In this document: positions 1 to 9,670 of the stretch, in pieces
How the letters are laid out: each line of letters starts with the position of its first letter
Numbering within the stretch: position 1 is the first letter of the stretch
Origin: Candidatus Latescibacterota bacterium
Lineage (GTDB): Bacteria; Latescibacterota; UBA2968; GCA-2709665
Assembly (NCBI GenBank): GCA_965237675.1
Contig: OZ250150.1
Location: 4,864,001 to 4,928,000, forward strand
DNA length: 64,000 nucleotides
Direction: 5' to 3'
The notes under the pieces: model-generated
Databases searched by the model: none
What the model saw: only the letters and a program-made list of their open reading frames with translations
What the model was told of the DNA's origin: nothing
Program-made: the position numbers and the translations under genes

Positions 1-1
1 G

Positions 2-580
2 GTGGTCGCCACAAAAAACCCCGGCAAGCTCAGAGAGATCCGGGAAATACTGGGTACGGACGTCAGCGTCCGTTCACTGGCCGATTTCCCTGACATCGGG
101 GATATCGTGGAGGACGGCAGGACTTTCGAGGCCAACGCAGTCAAAAAAGCGCTTACGGTAGCCTCCCGTACCGGCCACGTGTCCCTGGCCGATGACTCCG
201 GCCTGGAGGTGGACGCACTTCACGGCGCTCCGGGCGTTTATTCCGCGCGATTCGCCGGCGAAAACGCCACCGACGAACAGAACAACCGCAAGCTCCTCCG
301 GCTCCTCGAAGGCACCTCGGACGCAGAGCGTACCGCCCGTTTCCGCTGCGTGATTGCCATCGGTGCACCCGACAGCGCGGTACGGACAGCCGAGGGCACG
401 GCCGATGGCCTGATCCTGTGCAGCCCGCGTGGAACGGGTGGATTCGGCTACGATCCCCTATTCCTGGTTTCCGGCCTCTGCCTTACGTTTGCCGAACTGC
501 CACCCGAAGAAAAAAACAGAGTCAGCCATCGGGGAAAAGCCCTGCGTGCCATGTCTCTCCTGCTGAACCAGACGCTCTGA
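2..580 (+). CDS. rdgB: dITP/XTP pyrophosphatase (Ham1 family), 5' end probably at or before window edge
   Basis: ATKNPGKLREI, EDGRTFEANAVKKA, ADDSGLEVDALHGAPGVYSAR, GFGYDPLF and EKNRVSHRGKA motifs. Confidence 0.95.
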   Translation: MVATKNPGKLREIREILGTDVSVRSLADFPDIGDIVEDGRTFEANAVKKALTVASRTGHVSLADDSGLEVDALHGAPGVYSARFAGENATDEQNNRKLLRLLEGTSDAERTARFRCVIAIGAPDSAVRTAEGTADGLILCSPRGTGGFGYDPLFLVSGLCLTFAELPPEEKNRVSHRGKALRAMSLLLNQTL

Positions 581-641
581 TCCGGGTATTCCGGCGCTCT
601 GGCAATAGCGGCACTCACTGCAATCGTGCGGGTTCAACTGT

Positions 642-857
642 TCAGCCCGTTTCCGAATCGTCCACCTTGGCACGTCTTTGATACCTCCTTACGCGCCGCG
701 CGAAGATCCAGACCAGCCCCGCCACCGCCAGATATTTCAATATTACCCACACCCATCCCTCCCATCCCAGAATCACGGGCCAAAGCGCAAGAATCGACAA
801 CAGGATGAACAAGTCCTCCAGCGCCGCCCAAATCCGCCGTTCACCGCCATTTGACAT
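642..857 (-). CDS. Small two-TM membrane protein
   Basis: GGAGG RBS upstream of ATG; two hydrophobic segments followed by a basic tail. Confidence 0.6.
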   Translation of the reverse strand: MSNGGERRIWAALEDLFILLSILALWPVILGWEGWVWVILKYLAVAGLVWIFARRVRRYQRRAKVDDSETG

Positions 858-1050
858 GGATCTATCCTCCGCTCAAGTCTTTCAGGCCTTGATCGCGGCT
901 GCCAATTCCCGGACAGACGCCGGGCCGACCTCGCCCCCGAAGCGACGTGAAGACCCCCGAATGCGGTTCCGGACCGCCCGTTGAAGAACACCGCCCTCGG
1001 ATCGTTTCCGCGTAGACACCGGGGGCACGGTTGGCCATGTCGTCGGGGGT

Positions 1051-3231
1051 CTATCCCCCCGCATCCGTTTCGTGCTGCAGATACGAATACACCTGATAAT
1101 TCCGATACACCAGCTTCACGTAATTGCGTGTTTCTCGATACGGTATGCTCTCCACGAACTCGTCCACATCATGCTCCGGGAGCCGACTCGACCACTTCCG
1201 CGCTACATCCAACCCGGCGTTATACGCGGACAACGCCAGGCCAAGCTGTCTTTCTTCGCTGCTCCTGAATGCCCTGAAGTGATCGGCCAGGTGCCGGGCC
1301 CCCAGCCGAATGGACGTCTGCGGCTCCCACAGGTCTTCCGTTGAATAGTCCCTCAGACGCAGCTTGCGCGCCATCTGCCGTCCCGTTGCCGGCATCACCT
1401 GCATCAACCCGCGGGCACCAGCCCGGGACAACGCCATTTCATCGAATGCGCTCTCCTGGCGAATGATCGCAAGGACGAGATTGGGGTCGAGGCTGAAATC
1501 CTGAGCGGTCCGGTTAATCTCGCCCCAGTAATAGGTAGGATACAATCGGCGAAATGAAGCCAGTGTCATCGGCATCCCCCGTTCACGTTCCAGATTGACG
1601 ATCAGGCCGGATAATCGAAGCGCCTGGTTCACGGCACCAATGCGCTCAAATCGTCTTTGCAGTTCACCCAGGGCGTAAATCTCCTTTCTATGCGCCCAAC
1701 CCGCGTGCCTGTATTCCTGTTCCGCTTCATCGTAAAGCCCCAGGTCCGCCAACCTGTCTCCTTTCAGCAGATAGGGAGACGGTTCATACTTCGGTTGCCG
1801 CTCGTTGGCCCCGCGCGATTTCGGCGCGGGAGGGTAGGCCCTATCCTTCAATGCCAGAATCGCCCACGCCCGGGAGGCGTAGTACGAGGTTGGAAACCCG
1901 GCTGCTGCCCGCCGAATCCAACTGGCGCCCAACTCCGTCCGTCCAGCTCGTTGAAAGGACTTGCCGGCCCAGTAGTAGCCCTGGTCCAGCATGTAGTTTT
2001 CGGACGTCTGATCCGCCAGCTTCAGAAAAACCCGTGCAGCCTCTTCGAATCGGCCCAGACCGTAGAGTGCATATCCCGCCCGCCACCTGGCGCGGTCGGC
2101 CAGATGGCTCTCGGGATATCGTGCGGCCAGATTCAGAAACCCGCCGCGCGCCTGTGTGCGCCGTCCCCTTCTCTCATAGGCCATTGCGGCCTGCCACAGC
2201 GCCTCGGCCGCCCCCGGCGTAGCAGGATTCTGGCGCGCGAACGATTGAAACTGCCCAGCCGCCTTTAAGTCGCGACCCAATCGGACAGAGCAGCGGCCCA
2301 GATGAAATAATGCCTTTGGCACCCGGTACCGGCGATGCGCCTCCTGAAACGCCCGCTCCGCCGCCCGGTAGTCCTTTCGATTGTAGTAGGCCAGTCCCAG
2401 TTCCAGTTGCGCCCGACGCTGCCACGCGGCATCACCGGACTGCTTGACGATTTGACGAAACATTCGAAGCGCCTCCCTGAAACGCCCCTGTCTTGAATAG
2501 GCTGCCGCCCCATAAAACGATTCCTGTACGGTTCGCAATTGCCCCATCGAAACCAACGCGCCGACCGCCTCCGGTGACCTCGGATGATCGCGCACAAGGC
2601 GTAGTTGAGTTCGCCGCGCCTGAACGGAATCCCCTGAGACCACCAACGCGCCTGCAAGGCCCGCCAGCGCCCTGGCCTCCTGTTGGCTCCCATCCGCCAA
2701 GCGCCGGTACATCCGGGCCGCCTCATGTGCCTGTCCCGCCCGCATATGGAGTTCGGCCGCCCGAAGCGCCGCATTCTCCAGCAGCCGTCCCGATTGCCGC
2801 TTGTCCACCACCCGTGCAAAATACACCCGTGCGCTGTCCGCACGGCCAAGCCCCTCGTGACATTCCGCTTGCCAGAAATCGACATAATCACGAATTCGCG
2901 AAAACGCCTTCCCGACTGCGCGGAACCCTGTCAATGCATCCTCGAAGCGCCCGAGCCCCTTCAAACACAACGCCCGCTGAAGTCGCGCCCTGCGAATCGC
3001 CCAATCGTCCAGTCCGGCAAGGTCCACTTCGGACAATATTCGCAATGCGTTCCGGTACGCGGCACGGGCGATCATGCCTTCGGCCTGCGCCAGCGGATCG
3101 AGGGGCAGGACCCTTGCCAGGCGCCCCGGGATCGCCAGGACAGCCGCCGTCACGAGCGCCAGGGTGATTCCGGCCAGCCAGACCTCCCCCAGCCTGACCC
3201 CCGACAGGGCGTTTTCGGAATCGGACTTCAT
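1051..3231 (-). CDS. Soluble lytic transglycosylase (Slt domain) with TPR repeats
   Basis: C-terminal IIRQESAF, GARGLMQVMPATG, AYNAG and IPYRETRNYVK; TPR-like helices; N-terminal TM. Start at MKSDSE (3231) is chosen by inference; the ORF extends to 3417. Confidence 0.9.
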   Translation of the reverse strand: MKSDSENALSGVRLGEVWLAGITLALVTAAVLAIPGRLARVLPLDPLAQAEGMIARAAYRNALRILSEVDLAGLDDWAIRRARLQRALCLKGLGRFEDALTGFRAVGKAFSRIRDYVDFWQAECHEGLGRADSARVYFARVVDKRQSGRLLENAALRAAELHMRAGQAHEAARMYRRLADGSQQEARALAGLAGALVVSGDSVQARRTQLRLVRDHPRSPEAVGALVSMGQLRTVQESFYGAAAYSRQGRFREALRMFRQIVKQSGDAAWQRRAQLELGLAYYNRKDYRAAERAFQEAHRRYRVPKALFHLGRCSVRLGRDLKAAGQFQSFARQNPATPGAAEALWQAAMAYERRGRRTQARGGFLNLAARYPESHLADRARWRAGYALYGLGRFEEAARVFLKLADQTSENYMLDQGYYWAGKSFQRAGRTELGASWIRRAAAGFPTSYYASRAWAILALKDRAYPPAPKSRGANERQPKYEPSPYLLKGDRLADLGLYDEAEQEYRHAGWAHRKEIYALGELQRRFERIGAVNQALRLSGLIVNLERERGMPMTLASFRRLYPTYYWGEINRTAQDFSLDPNLVLAIIRQESAFDEMALSRAGARGLMQVMPATGRQMARKLRLRDYSTEDLWEPQTSIRLGARHLADHFRAFRSSEERQLGLALSAYNAGLDVARKWSSRLPEHDVDEFVESIPYRETRNYVKLVYRNYQVYSYLQHETDAGG

Positions 3232-3495
3232 GGTTGGTGGACAATCGGCGTCATCTGAAGTGTGGGCGAAGTTATCGGTGTGTCGGGTGCAAGAGTCAAG
3301 AACCGGAGCAACCGGGATCAGACCCGCCATGACACATACCCGGCACCCGGACCCGCTTCCAAAAATCGGACTTCGGCAAGTTCGCTGAAGCCCGGCAAGA
3401 GTAGGTAGAAATACCAATATCGTGGAGATCCGAAACGCGGCTTCTCTGCCGTCACGGCCCCAAAAGAACCGGCCCGCTCCAACGCACGACCTTCG

Positions 3496-4968
3496 CTATC
3501 GGAAAAACGGCTTCAAATCCTCAGCGACGGCCAGAACGCCAAAGCAGGTAAACACGAGGCCGCAAAGAATATTGAGCGCGACGAGGAAAGAACTCATCCG
3601 GAACGGTTTGGGGAGGTATTTCCGATCGATCCATACCATGGCGAAGCACCAGGGCCCGGCCAACAACACCCCCGTAATATGGAGTGGAATCGTCATCATT
3701 GAAATCGGGTTCCATCCCACACCCCTCGGATCGCGGGTTGCCGTCCACCAGGCGTAGATGACGAATCCGATCGCCCCGATGCCGGAATAGAGAAGCGTCC
3801 ACAGCCGCATTTTATCCAGGGTCAGATTCCGCCATTTCACCGCCATGGACCGGACGCATTCGTGCGCCGTTCGCACGTAGAGTTCAAATGCGCCGTAGAC
3901 CGTGCCGAATATTGCGAAGAATACACCGGCCTTGTAAAGCGCCGACAACAGTATTTGCGCGGTCCTTCCGGGATGCAGTCGCGTGAGAAAGACCACCTGT
4001 TTGTTGTAGAGATCCATTCCCGTAGGGACGATCCGATTCGTATGTAGAAGCGTTGCCCCGAGGATGAGAAACGTCGCGGTGAACACGAGCACACTGCCGA
4101 ACGACACCGTACAATCGATAAGGGGTGCCTTCAGCCACCTCAGCCCCAGTTGGACATTCTTCTCATCCACGGCCAGCGGCGGCTTCCGGCTACCGCCCGT
4201 CACCCTTCCGATCAGCCCCCAGGCCTTCTCTCTCATCATGCCCACGTAACCCACGTAGTCCTGCACACCACCACCCATAACGCCCATATACGCGACCATC
4301 TCCACGATCAGCGTACGATCGGCGAATGCCGGGTTCGCCTTGACCCATTGCGGGTAATCCGGCAGTGCAGGCGTAACCGCGCCGGCGAGTACAGCAAGCC
4401 AGTCCGGATTCACCGCAAACGTCGCGACAAGCATCACCACCAGCATCGAGCCAACCAGCGCCAACTGCATCCGTTCCAAAAACCCGTAACTCTGCATCAG
4501 GGTCAGCGCGGCAAGCAGCACGATGAACACAATCGCTATCGCATGCGGGTACAACCCCGGGTTTCCGAACACCACCCAGGACGTGATCGTGCCGAGCATA
4601 ATTGGCAGACTCGAAAGATAGAACGGAAATGCCACGATAACCACCACCCCGATGACGCCCGGAAACAGCCCGCGCGGACCGGGTAGAGTCGCCCACCGTT
4701 CCATCGGATGTTCGCCCGTCAGCGTCATGTACCGCGCCGCGGTATAGACCTGCAGCCCCTTCGTGAGACAGAATAGACTGAACGCCCAGAACATCGCATA
4801 GCCAAAGATCGCTCCGCTGCGCGACGCCCACACCGTTTCCCCGCTTCCAATGGTCACCGACGCGATGACGGCGCCGGGTCCGAAGAACTTCAGGAAGTCC
4901 ATCGCTTTTCGGGAGCGCAACGCCGGTGCCAATTCGGGAAAACGCTGCTGCTCTTCCTCAGAATTCAC
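3496..4968 (-). CDS. NRAMP/APC-like membrane transporter
   Basis: FFGPGAVIASVTIGSGE motif; about 11 hydrophobic segments. Confidence 0.75.
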   Translation of the reverse strand: MNSEEEQQRFPELAPALRSRKAMDFLKFFGPGAVIASVTIGSGETVWASRSGAIFGYAMFWAFSLFCLTKGLQVYTAARYMTLTGEHPMERWATLPGPRGLFPGVIGVVVIVAFPFYLSSLPIMLGTITSWVVFGNPGLYPHAIAIVFIVLLAALTLMQSYGFLERMQLALVGSMLVVMLVATFAVNPDWLAVLAGAVTPALPDYPQWVKANPAFADRTLIVEMVAYMGVMGGGVQDYVGYVGMMREKAWGLIGRVTGGSRKPPLAVDEKNVQLGLRWLKAPLIDCTVSFGSVLVFTATFLILGATLLHTNRIVPTGMDLYNKQVVFLTRLHPGRTAQILLSALYKAGVFFAIFGTVYGAFELYVRTAHECVRSMAVKWRNLTLDKMRLWTLLYSGIGAIGFVIYAWWTATRDPRGVGWNPISMMTIPLHITGVLLAGPWCFAMVWIDRKYLPKPFRMSSFLVALNILCGLVFTCFGVLAVAEDLKPFFR

Positions 4969-5065
4969 AATAGCCCCCTGCAGGTCTGTGCTCTCACGAG
5001 CAAAAAAGGACTCAGCTTCTATTCCCGGCGCGAACGCCGGAGTCCGTCGTCGATTCGTGAGTGGA

Positions 5066-6031
5066 TTACCTGATTGCGAATGGATTTCCCGGCGATCCGG
5101 TGGCGCCCTTCAGCCGCAGCGGCGCAAAGACGAACGCGAACTCAAACACGCCGTCTGCCGCCAGTCCGTCCAGGTCGAGATTCTCTATAATATGTACGCC
5201 GTTACGCTGGATCAGCAACTCGTGGACCTCGAACGCCCTGTCCGGATCTTCTCCCGGCACGGCCTCGACCGCCCACGTATCGGCGCCGACCATAACGATT
5301 TTCCTTTTCAGCAGCCACCGCGCGGCTTCCAGCCCGATGCCCGGCTGACCCGAGTTGTAGGTCTCGTTGTCCACTTTCCATAAACTTCCATGGCCGGTAC
5401 GGAACAGTACGACGTCCCCTTCCGTGACCTCGACACCCTGTTTTTTCAAGGCCCCCTCGATGTCGGCCGCGGTAATCACATACCCCACCTCCAACCGCGC
5501 CAGCCCCTTGTGGCCCGCCACGTCGACCAGAACGCCTCGGGTGAAAAACACCCCCACGTTTTCAACGCCCAGTTTCTCCAGTCCGTAGGCCGTGCCAACC
5601 TCCGAACGCGTAAATCCATTGTAAAAGATGTCCACATCGCCGTTACGCGTACCGATGTGCCCCAATCCATCGAATTGGGTTCCCACCTGTCCGATCTCGC
5701 CGCTGAACATTTCGTCGTACCAGATCAGCTGGTTCTCTCCGACGGGCCCTCCGGTTGGCGAACCGGGAATGGTCAGACTGTAATGCCGGTTGCCGAAGAG
5801 CGGGATTCCCGGCTCGTAAACCCGTCCAAGCTGGTAGGTCTTGCCCGCTTTGATCAATCCCGCCGCACGCAGCACATTCTGCGGCGTCAGCCGGTTCATC
5901 GCGCCTCTCTGATCTCCCGCCCCCCACTCGGATGGCCACCATTTATCGCCGCCGCCCCCCTCTTGCGCAAGGGCCGGAGTCATCACGATCAGGCCTCCGA
6001 CAAACATCGCACATAGATATCTATTTTGCAT
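5066..6031 (-). CDS. Secreted cyclase-family (kynurenine formamidase-like) metal hydrolase
   Basis: Signal peptide; GTQFDGLGH, GDVVLFRTG, VGADTWAVE, IIENLDL and GATGSPGNPFAIR motifs. Confidence 0.88.
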   Translation of the reverse strand: MQNRYLCAMFVGGLIVMTPALAQEGGGGDKWWPSEWGAGDQRGAMNRLTPQNVLRAAGLIKAGKTYQLGRVYEPGIPLFGNRHYSLTIPGSPTGGPVGENQLIWYDEMFSGEIGQVGTQFDGLGHIGTRNGDVDIFYNGFTRSEVGTAYGLEKLGVENVGVFFTRGVLVDVAGHKGLARLEVGYVITAADIEGALKKQGVEVTEGDVVLFRTGHGSLWKVDNETYNSGQPGIGLEAARWLLKRKIVMVGADTWAVEAVPGEDPDRAFEVHELLIQRNGVHIIENLDLDGLAADGVFEFAFVFAPLRLKGATGSPGNPFAIR

Positions 6032-6254
6032 TCCGGCCTCCTCTCAGGCGTAGGGTTGACACGGCATGGGCACGTACCGGGATTATGATAATGCCCCGAG
6101 TGATCAAAGGCAAGCGCGGATTGCCTGTATATGCCCAACGAACAGAAGGGTATTGCGCCCGGACCATGCGCATGCTATTTTAGAAACTGTCTTTGACGCC
6201 GACCGGTAAGCGTGGCGCCGCTACTGCACTCCGAGTCTTTTCCGAGGCCCGCCA

Positions 6255-7274
6255 TTGAAGACCAAAACGCTAGGCAGGACCGGCCTGGAGATCCCCATTG
6301 TGGGTCTGGGTACCGGCTTTATCGGCATCGCGGATCCTAACCGCGCGGCAGCGGAATACGACTTCATGGACGCGTCGACCTGGGGACGGCCGGGACCTTC
6401 CGCCGAAGGCGCCGGGCGGACCAGCCATATGGATATCGAACTGGGAATGGCAACGGTGCACGCGGCCATCGAAGCGGGCTCTACGCTGATCGATACCGCC
6501 CCGCTGTACGGTTCGGGCAACAGCGAATCCATCATCGGCCGGGCCCTCGGGCAACGTTCCGACCTTGCGAAACGGTGCATCGTCACCACAAAAGTCGGGC
6601 AGACGGCCGACGGACGGGACTATTCCTACGACGCCGTTATGCGGCAGGTCGAGGAGAGCCAGGACCGGCTGGGCGTCGACGCCTTCGAAGTTCTCTACAT
6701 CCACGACGCCATGGACATACCCGTCGAAGACGTTATGGGAAAGAACCGCGCCCTCGGCGCCCTTCGAAAACTCCAGGATACGGGCGTCACACGTTGTGTC
6801 GGCACCGCCGCCAACGACCCCCACACCAACGCCTGGTACATCGAAACGGGGGAATTCGATGCCGCCGTCGTTCCGGAGGCGCTCAGCCTGATCAACCAGC
6901 TTGCCGCCGACCGCATCCTGCCAGCGGCGGTCAGACACGACGTGGGCCTCGTGATCGCCACACCCGTAGAACGGGGGCTGCTCGCCACCGGTCCCGTGGC
7001 TGGCATCGACTACCTGGCCCGAAACTTCAGCCAGACCTGCCTGGACCACGTCGCCACAATACAGGCCGTTTGCGCGAGCTACGGCGTCCCGATGGTTGCG
7101 GCCGCCCTTCAATGGTGCACCCGCCATCCACAGGTAGCCGCTACCATTCCCGGGGCCCGGATTCCCGCTGAAGCCCGAGCCAACGCCAACGCCGGCGCCA
7201 CCGATATACCTGAGGCATTCTGGGAAGAACTCGCCCCGCTCATCCGCCACTTTGAAGTCGACGTGGACCGGTAG
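6255..7274 (+). CDS. Aldo/keto reductase
   Basis: LGRTGLEI..VGLGT, IDTAPLYG.G.SE, VTTKVG, LYIHD and TIPGAR motifs. Confidence 0.92.
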   Translation: MKTKTLGRTGLEIPIVGLGTGFIGIADPNRAAAEYDFMDASTWGRPGPSAEGAGRTSHMDIELGMATVHAAIEAGSTLIDTAPLYGSGNSESIIGRALGQRSDLAKRCIVTTKVGQTADGRDYSYDAVMRQVEESQDRLGVDAFEVLYIHDAMDIPVEDVMGKNRALGALRKLQDTGVTRCVGTAANDPHTNAWYIETGEFDAAVVPEALSLINQLAADRILPAAVRHDVGLVIATPVERGLLATGPVAGIDYLARNFSQTCLDHVATIQAVCASYGVPMVAAALQWCTRHPQVAATIPGARIPAEARANANAGATDIPEAFWEELAPLIRHFEVDVDR

Positions 7275-7327
7275 GACCGAATCGCGCCGGCGCCGCACGC
7301 AATTGAAGTATCAGGGCTCTCCATCTT

Positions 7328-8218
7328 ATGTCTCTAAAACTGACCCTCCTGGGCACCGGAACCCCCACCCCTCTTTTCCACCGCGCAGGTTCCGGCTACC
7401 TCGTCACCTTCGACGAGGAAGTCCTGCTGTTCGACTGCGGCCCGGGTGTCGCACGACGCCTCCTCGAAGAGGCGGTCCCGCCACAGGCGTTGACGCGCCT
7501 CTTCCTTACCCACCTCCACTACGATCACTGCGTGGACTACGCGTGTATCGTACTCACCCGCTGGGACCAGGGTGCGGGAAAGATCCCAGAGCTTGAGGTA
7601 TACGGTCCGGCTCCGTTGAAACGCATGACCGAAAGGCTCTTGGGCTCTGACGGCGCCTTCGGGCCGGACCTCGACGCGAGAACACAGCACCCCGGCAGCG
7701 AGTTCGTCTACGAACGGCGGGGCGGAATTCTGCCCCGGAAACGCCCCGACCCCCTCGTCACCGAAGTTGCAGACGGCTCATGCATTCCGGGTGGAAACTG
7801 GCGAGTCGAAACCGCCGAAGTCATCCATGTTCAACCGCAGCTCACTTGCCTGGCCTACCGGCTGGACACACCCTACGGGACCATCGTCTTCGGAGGAGAC
7901 ACGGCGCCGACCCGCCGCCTGACGGACCTGGCGCGGAATGCGGACATCCTGATCCACATGTGCCACTTCATCAACGATGTGGAACTCGACCCGCGCATTA
8001 CAGGCTGCTGCTCCGGACACCTGGACGCCGCCCGGACCGCCAGAGAAGCAGACGTCGGCACCCTGATCCTGACCCACGTTACCGAACAATTGGAACCGCC
8101 CGGCGTCCGCGAGCGCCTCGTGGCCGAAGCCGCGCGCATATTCGGCGGCCACATCGTCTTCGCGGAGGACCTCACGGATGTGCCCGTGGGTCCCATCGAT
8201 CCGGAGCCCATTCAGTAG
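7328..8218 (+). CDS. MBL-fold metallo-hydrolase (RNase Z/arylsulfatase-like)
   Basis: LLGTGTP, FDCGPG, THLHYDH, FGGDT and LILTH motifs. Confidence 0.88.
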   Translation: MSLKLTLLGTGTPTPLFHRAGSGYLVTFDEEVLLFDCGPGVARRLLEEAVPPQALTRLFLTHLHYDHCVDYACIVLTRWDQGAGKIPELEVYGPAPLKRMTERLLGSDGAFGPDLDARTQHPGSEFVYERRGGILPRKRPDPLVTEVADGSCIPGGNWRVETAEVIHVQPQLTCLAYRLDTPYGTIVFGGDTAPTRRLTDLARNADILIHMCHFINDVELDPRITGCCSGHLDAARTAREADVGTLILTHVTEQLEPPGVRERLVAEAARIFGGHIVFAEDLTDVPVGPIDPEPIQ

Positions 8219-8299
8219 CCGGTGTCGGGCGCGCGGCGTCCGCCCCGCTTCGCGAATTCCCGCTTTCAGACTCACGATTTACACTCCAGGAGTTTCCAG

Positions 8300-9664
8300 G
8301 TGAAAGCCATTATCCTGGCCGCCGGGAAAGGCGACCGATTCTACCCCTTCAACCACTACCGGCCCAAACCCATGTTTCCCGTATGCAACCGGCCCCTTCT
8401 GGAGTGGATCGTGGATCGCATCGTTGCCGTGGGCATCACAGACGTCGGCATCGTCGTCGGCCATCGACAGGGTCGGATACGAAACCACTTTTCCGACGGC
8501 CGCCGGTTTGGATGCAGAATTACTTATATTGAACAGTCGGAGCAACTCGGCACGGCCCACGCCGTCTGCGCCGCAGACGCCTTTATCGGCAACGACGACT
8601 TTCTGGTCATATACGGCGACCTCTTCTTCGAAACGATAGTCCTTTCACAACTCCTGGGTGCATTCTCCGACCGCTCCGTTGCCGCGGTACACCATAGCGA
8701 GCAGCTCAACCGGCGCATTCGCGTGGAAACCGATGGCCGCGAAAACATCGTCAACTACACGTGGAAGCCCCGGTCATCCACGGGCACGGCGCTGTCAGGC
8801 CTTTTCATATTCAGGAACGACGCGCTTCAGGACCTGGCCAGTACGTCCGATTTTGTAACGAATGTACAAAACGGTGTCACACCGCCCGAGGGCCACGAAA
8901 TCGCCGATGCCCTGCCGCTCATGTTCCGGGAAGGCCGGCCCGCCGCCGCCGTCCGCACGGACGGCGCCTGTTTCGACATGGACATGCCCTGGGAACCCCT
9001 GGCTGGCTGTCGTCTGGCCTTGCGTGAAATGGCCGGTGGCCTGCAGGACTCTCAGATAGCCGACACCGCGCGGGTCGATCCCAACGCGCATATCGACGGT
9101 CCGGTGTTTGTCGACGATGGCGCGACAATCTCAGCCGGAGCCCGTATCAGCGGACCGGTCTGGATCGGCAGAAACACGCATGTTTTCGAAGGCTCCCAGA
9201 TCGCGTCGGGCACTGTCATCGGAGACGAGTGCCGGATTGGGCCCTTCGCGAAGGTCTCCGGTTTCGTCGACCGCGACAACCACATCACCTTTCTCGGAGA
9301 ATTCAGTGGCGTCATTCTGGCGGGTGGCCGGATCACACACCAGATGCAAATTGCCGGTATCTACGGGGAAGGTGCGGAATTCGGCGCCGGCACCCAGGTG
9401 GGCACGCTCCGATTCGACGATGGACCCACGCAGGTGGAAGTGAAGGGTATCCGTCATCCGGCGCCCGGTTTCTCCGGCGCCCTCTTCGGCGACTACGCGC
9501 GCACCGGTGTGGGAACCATCCTCATGCCCGGCCGTATTGTCGGCCCTGGCGCCATGGTCGGTCCCGGCGTCGTTCTGATGAACAACGCGCCAGCTCACAA
9601 GGCCGTGATCCTGAAGCAGGAGCATCAGGAAATCGACTGGGGGCCGGAAATCTACGATCGTTAA
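8300..9664 (+). CDS. GlmU-like bifunctional sugar-phosphate nucleotidyltransferase/acetyltransferase
   Basis: KAIILAAGKGDRF..RPKPM, EQLGTAHAV and C-terminal hexapeptide repeats; GTG start at 8300 after AGGAG. Confidence 0.85.
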   Translation: MKAIILAAGKGDRFYPFNHYRPKPMFPVCNRPLLEWIVDRIVAVGITDVGIVVGHRQGRIRNHFSDGRRFGCRITYIEQSEQLGTAHAVCAADAFIGNDDFLVIYGDLFFETIVLSQLLGAFSDRSVAAVHHSEQLNRRIRVETDGRENIVNYTWKPRSSTGTALSGLFIFRNDALQDLASTSDFVTNVQNGVTPPEGHEIADALPLMFREGRPAAAVRTDGACFDMDMPWEPLAGCRLALREMAGGLQDSQIADTARVDPNAHIDGPVFVDDGATISAGARISGPVWIGRNTHVFEGSQIASGTVIGDECRIGPFAKVSGFVDRDNHITFLGEFSGVILAGGRITHQMQIAGIYGEGAEFGAGTQVGTLRFDDGPTQVEVKGIRHPAPGFSGALFGDYARTGVGTILMPGRIVGPGAMVGPGVVLMNNAPAHKAVILKQEHQEIDWGPEIYDR

Positions 9665-9670
9665 AGTGGA